64,000 nt of DNA from the human T2T-CHM13v2.0 reference genome, Homo sapiens. Made by a program: the position numbers and the translations under genes. Location: the NCBI RefSeq assembly GCF_009914755.1, contig NC_060944.1; one strand, given 5' to 3'. Every line of letters begins with the position of its first letter. Positions within the stretch are counted from its first letter, which is position 1. Positions 58,554 through 64,000 of the stretch are shown here, piece by piece. The notes below the pieces were generated by a model that was not told the DNA's origin, ran no database searches, and saw only the letters and a list, made by a program, of their open reading frames with translations.

Positions 58554-58862
58554 GGCCAGGTGCGGTGGCTCACACCTATAATCCCAGCACTTTGGTAGGC
58601 TGAGGCGGGCACATCACCTGAGATCAGGAGTTCGAGACCAGCCTGGTCAACATGGCAAAATCCCATCTCTACTAAAAATATAAAAATTAGCCAGGCATGG
58701 TGGTGCGCGCCTGTAGTCCCAGCAACTCAGGAGGCTAAGGCACAAAAATCGCTTGAACCTGGAAGGCAGAGGTTGCGGTGAGCTGAAATTGCACCACTAC
58801 ACTCCAGCACTCCAGCCTGGGTGACAGAGCGAGATTCTGTCTAAAAAAAAATTAAAAAAAAA
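58554..58862 (+). mobile_element. AluSx-like element with an 8-bp internal duplication (cactccag)
   Basis: Full dimer with tail. Confidence 0.95.
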
Positions 58863-59046
58863 GAGCCAGTTTGGCCAAGAACTAAGGGAAAAGCATTCCA
58901 AGACATGGAAACAGCAAATGCTAGGCTCTGAGGCAAACATAGTCTTGGCATGTCGAAAGAAGAGCACCAAGGGTGGAGTGAGCATCATGGTCAGGGCATG
59001 GTAAGAGGAGAATTCTGAGAAGCAGGCAGAAGCCCCTCATGTGGAG

Positions 59047-59242
59047 CAGTAGTTCTCTCAAAGTGTGGTCCCCAAGCCAGCATCATCAGCACCACCCAGA
59101 ACCTTATTAGAGATGCGCATTCTCAGGCCCATCCCACGGACCTATGGAATCAGAAACTCCAGGAACTGGCCCAGGCGTATGTGCATTAACAAGCCCTTCA
59201 AGGAAGTCCGGTGCACACTTAAGTACGAGAATAAATGGTGTA
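59047..59242. mobile_element. MER5A
   Basis: tctcaaagtgtggtcccc...cagcatcatcagcaccacc...ggaatcagaaactc. Confidence 0.8.
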
Positions 59243-59884
59243 GAACCAGGCCGAGGTGTTTGGATTTCGTTCTGATTGCTATGGGAAGCCATTTTCAACA
59301 GGGACTGGCATGATCTGATTTATATTTTGGAGACAGTTACTCTGGAGGCCGTACAAAGGATGATTCGTAGGCGGGGGCCAAAAGGTTGGAGAAGACCAGG
59401 ACTTTAAGGAAGGTGAGCTAGAGGCTTAATCCTTCCTTTTCCTGACTATGTCTCCATGGGCGATTTTCTTAATATCTCTGTGCCAGAAAAATAGGATATG
59501 TTAAGGTGGATGGGTCGAAGAATATCAGTTGTTCTCCTTAGGATTCTACGAGTCTGCACACACTTTTCTTGTCAGCACAGCTGTGTGACTTCTTCCTGAT
59601 GTGAGAAGAAAGCCAAGGCCAGGCATCTGAGCACCACCTCAGTTGGCCCGAACACTGAAACAACCCAAAGCAGCAAAAACTAAGATCAGCCAGATTTTTG
59701 CAAAGAAAAACCCAAAACAACATTCAGGCCTGTTCCTTCCTCTAGACCAGCCTTTGAAATAACAGTGCTGATAATATTATCTGGTCTCTCATGCTCCCAA
59801 AGCTCAGAGCTCATTGTCATCCAAGCATGAGACCTTTAAGGAAAGGTCTGTATTGTAGGTCATCTCATGCTGAAAAGTCATAGA

Positions 59885-60030
59885 ACTGGGTCAGCATACT
59901 TTTTCTGTAAGGGACCACATATTAAATAGTTTAGATTTTATGAGTCCTGCAGCCTCTGTTACAGCTATTCAACTTTGTCATTGTAGCCCAATAGCAGCCA
60001 TAGAACATAATATGTAAAAAAATGAGCAGG
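59885..60030. mobile_element. Partial MER58A
   Basis: gggtcagcatactttttctgtaagggaccac...ctattcaactttgtcattgtagc...gcagccataga. Confidence 0.75.
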
Positions 60031-60647
60031 CACTTGGATTAGAAGACAAACAATGCCACATAGAAATGAGTAACAAATTGGTTTTGATGGTAATGGTAGT
60101 AATGAAATAATTCTAGTTTCAAGTAATTATTTTTACTCCTCGTGTTCTTTTACTACTGTGTTGTATTTTTAATTTAGTCACCCTCTATTTCTCTTCCTTA
60201 TCTTGATAGATCATTGTATCAGTTTATCACCTTTTGCTGCATACATAACAGACTGCTCACCTTTCTTTTCTAAGATGCTCTCATTTTTGTGGGGTAGGGC
60301 AGGGGCTTGCTCTTCTCATTTTCATGTCTCTTCCCTCTCTGAAGTTTCTTTGGGCTTGCTTTTATTTCTTCACAAAAGTAGAAGATAACTCTATTTCCTG
60401 GAGGAATGGAAGCATCTCCCCCATGAAATAGTGTCTCAGTCAGTTTCATGGAAAATGGTAATCCTTGAGATCCATGCTTCAAGGATGCAAGAAGGACGTC
60501 TTATTCATGGAAAAATGTGAGATGCATCCATTAGGAAACTAGACAGGGAAATCTGGGGTCCCACTAGATTTACAAGGAGCTTGTGGAAACAACACAAGAC
60601 AGGAAGAAAGTATGGAAAAAATATGGGCAATTAAATTAAAATATAAG

Positions 60648-61677
60648 TGTAAGCACCTAGGGGTTCTTGCTGCCAGCTGCACAAAGAAAGAACATGGCAT
60701 TGTAGTAAAGAAAGAGTTTGGGCAGGCGTGGTGGCTCACGCCTGTAATCCCAACACTTTGGGAGGCAAAGATGGGCAGATCACTTGAGGTCAGGAGTTGG
60801 AGACCGGCCTGGCCAACATGGTGAAACCCTGCCTTTACTAAAAATACAAAAATTAGCTGGGCTTGGTTGCAGGCACCTGTAATCCCAGCTGAAAATACAA
60901 AAATTAGCTGGGCTTGGTTGCAGGCACCTGTAATCCCAGCTGCTCGGGAGGCTGAAGCAGAAGAATCACTTGAACCCTGGGACACAGATTGCAGTGAGCC
61001 CAGATTGCGCTATTGCACTCCAGCCTGGGTGACAGTGACAGAGTAAGATTCTGTCTCAAAAAAAAAATAAATAAAAATAAAAGAGTTTAATAGAGACAAG
61101 GCCAGCCACACCACTTGAGAGATGAGTTAGTATTCAAGTCATCTTGTCCAAAGCTGCTAGTTTAGGGGTTTTTTAAAGGCAGTTTGAGGGAAGAGGAGGT
61201 GCGGGGTCTAGGCTTCTGCTGATTGGATGGGGCAGGGATGAAATCATGCTGAATCGCTTCTGGGTGGGGCCATAGGAGTGGGGTTGGCAAGTCCAGGTGG
61301 GTCCAGGTGGAGACATGGGTGTGAGGCATGCAAAAAAAACCTGAAAAGATATCTCAAAAGGCCAGTCTTAGTTTCTACAATGGCAATGTTATTTGCAGAA
61401 GTAACTGGGGACATTGCATGTCTTCTAACATCCAGAATAATGGCTGACAGTCATATATGTCTGCACCTTAGCAGGACTCAGGCCCTCCTCTCAAACAGAA
61501 GTGGTTGGTTTTTGGGCAATGCCTGTTATCATTTAAACTGTAGCCTAAACATCTCCCAAAGTTACCTTCATCCAAAAGCCCAGGAATAATTAAGGAAAAG
61601 GCAAGGTGGGAGGTGGGTTAGCTTAGCTAACTGTTATAATTTTTCTCACTGATACAATTTTTGCAAAGGCAGTTTCA
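60648..61677 (-). mobile_element. ERV1 solo LTR (LTR8/MER4 group) containing an Alu
   Basis: TG...CA termini (ends tttgcaaaggcagtttca). Perfect 4-bp TSD taag at 60644 and 61678. Confidence 0.8.
60720..61080 (+). mobile_element. AluS with a perfect 51-bp internal tandem duplication
   Basis: TSD aaagagttt at 60711 and 61080. 60841-60891 equals 60892-60942. Confidence 0.95.
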
Positions 61678-62287
61678 TAAGGAACTAGCTGAGGATCTAC
61701 TTAGGTCTCTCAAGTACTACTGTACTATGCTAAAGAATTAAACACAATGGCTAAAATTACAGTGCTGATTCTCTATTGCTTCTTCTCAACCTGCAGTATA
61801 AAGAGAAAAATGCTCAATATTAGCTACCTCAAGCCGTGTCTGTGGGCCGCAGGTGAACAGGAGGGTGTTGGCCAGGGCATCCTTTTAATTAGGGTTGATG
61901 AGTGCAGTCTTGCAGATCATCAGGCTAGTGGTGAAGAGACCCTAAGGACATCCTGGTTTCATTCTCTTTGCACACCTCTTTGGAATTGCACTCTCTTAAT
62001 GCATGTGGTGTAGCCATTGAATTAACAGAGTTCATTCAAGTGTGGACAAATGAACAGTCAGATGAAATATACAGCACATGTTAAAATGAATTCTTTTTTC
62101 TGTTGAGCAGTCTAGGGAGAAGAAATTTTTTTAAAAAATCAAGTTAATAATTTTGAAGTCCCTTCTCGATTGATAAAATTGCACTTCTTTAAACCTGTGC
62201 AATTTCATGCCACTGAATTCCCTATTCCTGAAAATTTTCAGAAATTATTTTTGTCATTACTTGTTTTGGTTGTTTTTGAGAGGGTGC

Positions 62288-62788
62288 TGTATTAGTGAGG
62301 GTTCTCCAGAGAAACAGAGCCAATGGGATATATAGAGATATATAGGTAGGAAGAGATTTATTATGAAGGATTGGCTTACACAATTATGAAGGCTGAGAAA
62401 TCTTATATCGTCTGTCTATAAGCTAGAGGCCTAGGAAAACGAGTAGGGCAGTTCCAGTTCAAACCTGAAGGGCCAGAGAACCAGGGGAGCCAATGGTGTG
62501 TAAGTGTCAGTTGAGTCCAAAGGCCCCAGAACCAGGGGCATCAGTATCCAAGTTGAATGTCCCAGATCAAGACAGAGTGAATTCATTCTTCCTCCACCAT
62601 TTTGTTCAGTTCAAGCCCTCCGTGGATTGGATGGTGCCCTCCTGTATTCGGCAGATCTTCTTTATTCATTCCATCAATTCAAACACAAATCTCTTCCAGA
62701 AACAGCCTCACAGACACACCCGGAAGTAATATTTCATCAGCCATCAGCCTTAGCCCAGTCAAGTTGACATATAAAATTAATCATGACA
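62288..62788 (-). mobile_element. MLT2-family (ERVL) solo LTR
   Basis: tgtattagt-agggttctccagagaaacaga...agtcaagttgacatataaaattaatcatgaca. TSD ggtgc/ggtgt. Confidence 0.88.
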
Positions 62789-62875
62789 GGTGTTTTTTAG
62801 CACAGACAGTAGTAAATCACTACTACTTTGAGCACTCACTAGGTGCTGGACCTTGCACTTGACAAATGGTATAAA

Positions 62876-63509
62876 TGATCAGGAAAGTATCCTGATCTAG
62901 ACCCTAAGAGAGAGGATTCTTGGATCTCGCCCAAGAAAGAATTAGAGGTGAGTGCACAGAGTAAAGTGAAAGCAAGTTTATTAAGAAAGTAAAGAAACAG
63001 AAGAATCGCTATTCCATAAACAGAGCAGCCCTGACAGATGCTGGTTAGCTATTTTTATGGTTATTTCTTGATCATATGCTAAACAAGTGGTGGATTATTC
63101 ATGAGTTTTCCAGGAAAGGGGAAGTAATTCCTGGAACTGAGGGTTCCTCCCCTTTTTAGACTATATAGGGTAACTTCCGGACATTGCCGTGGCATTTGTA
63201 AACTGTCAAGGCAGTGGTAAGAATGTCTTTTAGCATGCTAATGCATTCATATGAACATATAATGAGCAGTGAAGACAACCAGAGGTCACTTTCTTCTAGC
63301 CATCCTAGTTTTGGCAGCTTTTGGCCGGCTTCCTTAGTGCATCCTGTTTTATCAGTGGGGTCTTTGTAACCTGTGTCTTGTGCTGACCTCCTCTCTCATC
63401 CTGTAACTAAGAATGCCTAACCTCCTGGGAATGTAGCCTAGTAGGTCTCAGCCTCGTTTTACCCAGCCCTGTTCAAGATGGAGTGGTTCTGGCTCCAGTG
63501 CCTCTGATT
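62876..63509 (-). mobile_element. MER41B-type ERV1 solo LTR, inserted in a MIR
   Basis: cttggatctcgcccaagaaagaatt...gtaaagtgaaagcaagtttattaag...ttcaagatggagt...gcctctga. Contains the GAS-bearing segment. Confidence 0.88.
63108..63136. promoter_or_regulatory. Tandem GAS (STAT) motifs
   Basis: TTCCAGGAA at 63108-63116 and TTCCTGGAA at 63128-63136, both TTCN3GAA, 20 bp apart. Confidence 0.6.
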
Positions 63510-63674
63510 TAAGCATTATTTCACTTAAGCCTCGAAACAACCCTGTTTTAAGTAGGTCTTTTTAGCTTCCTTTTGCAGTTTACAAAACTGAGGATTAAAA
63601 TGGTTAAGCATGTTGCTTGAGGTTTCACAGGCTGGTTACAGACTTAGCAGAAAAATGGCCTGCCAGCTAGCCTA

Positions 63675-63860
63675 CAGTGGATCTCCAAGTATGGTTTCAG
63701 ACAGCATCAGCAACATTTGTGAGCTTGCTAGAAATGCAGATTATTAGGCCCCACCCCAGACCTACAGAATCAGAAACTCTGGGGGGAGGGTCCAGCAATC
63801 TGTGTTTTAAGAGCCCTCTCAGTGATTCTGATGATGCAGCTCAAGTTTGAGAACCTAGGC
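63675..63860. mobile_element. MER5A
   Basis: gagcttgctagaaatgcagatt...ccccagacctacagaatcagaaactctgggg...tcaagtttgagaacc. Confidence 0.88.
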
Positions 63861-64000
63861 CTAGGGAAAGGTAAGGAATTGTAGACTTACTAGAAGGAAA
63901 CAAAATTAGATCCATTTAAAGTTCTTTACAGCTAATCTTCCTCAAACAGGCAACACAGAGAAAAGGGTGAAGACTGTTGAATAAAAGAGACTTCTTTATC

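Larger units (their letters stand above)
58240..59410 (-). mobile_element. L2a interrupted by an Alu and a MER5A
   Basis: aatgaacaagacaaacaaagtc...ggaggtggcatttga...ggctctgaggca...tgggaagccatt...catgatctgatttatatttt. Confidence 0.8.

Overview
Primate, most likely human, genomic DNA from the 5' part of PLCB4 (phospholipase C beta 4, + strand). The only confidently coding sequence is one 99-nt exon at 50703-50801: 15 nt of 5' UTR plus codons 1-28, [28 protein letters not shown], carrying Thr at codon 21. The ORF track missed it. The rest is intron, rich in Alu, L1, L2, MIR, MaLR/ERV1 LTRs and hAT-Charlie DNA transposon relics. Nearly all ORFs in the track are repeat-derived or chance. I cannot demonstrate a new biological system here. 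The best hypothesis is a repeat-free segment near 23.0-23.6 kb. It has a strong-Kozak ATG, 51 open codons and a phase-0 donor that would splice in frame through the stop-free 'UTR' of the known exon, adding a 56-aa hydrophobic N-terminus to PLCB4. Directly visible oddities include two template-switch hairpins/inversions inside old repeats, a ~195-bp duplication bracketing ~880 bp, a twin-primed L1, an Alu with an inverted 5' end, a perfect 51-bp intra-Alu duplication and a MER41B-type LTR with both GAS motifs intact. Repeat subfamily names come from my memory of consensus sequences, and boundaries of old repeats are approximate.
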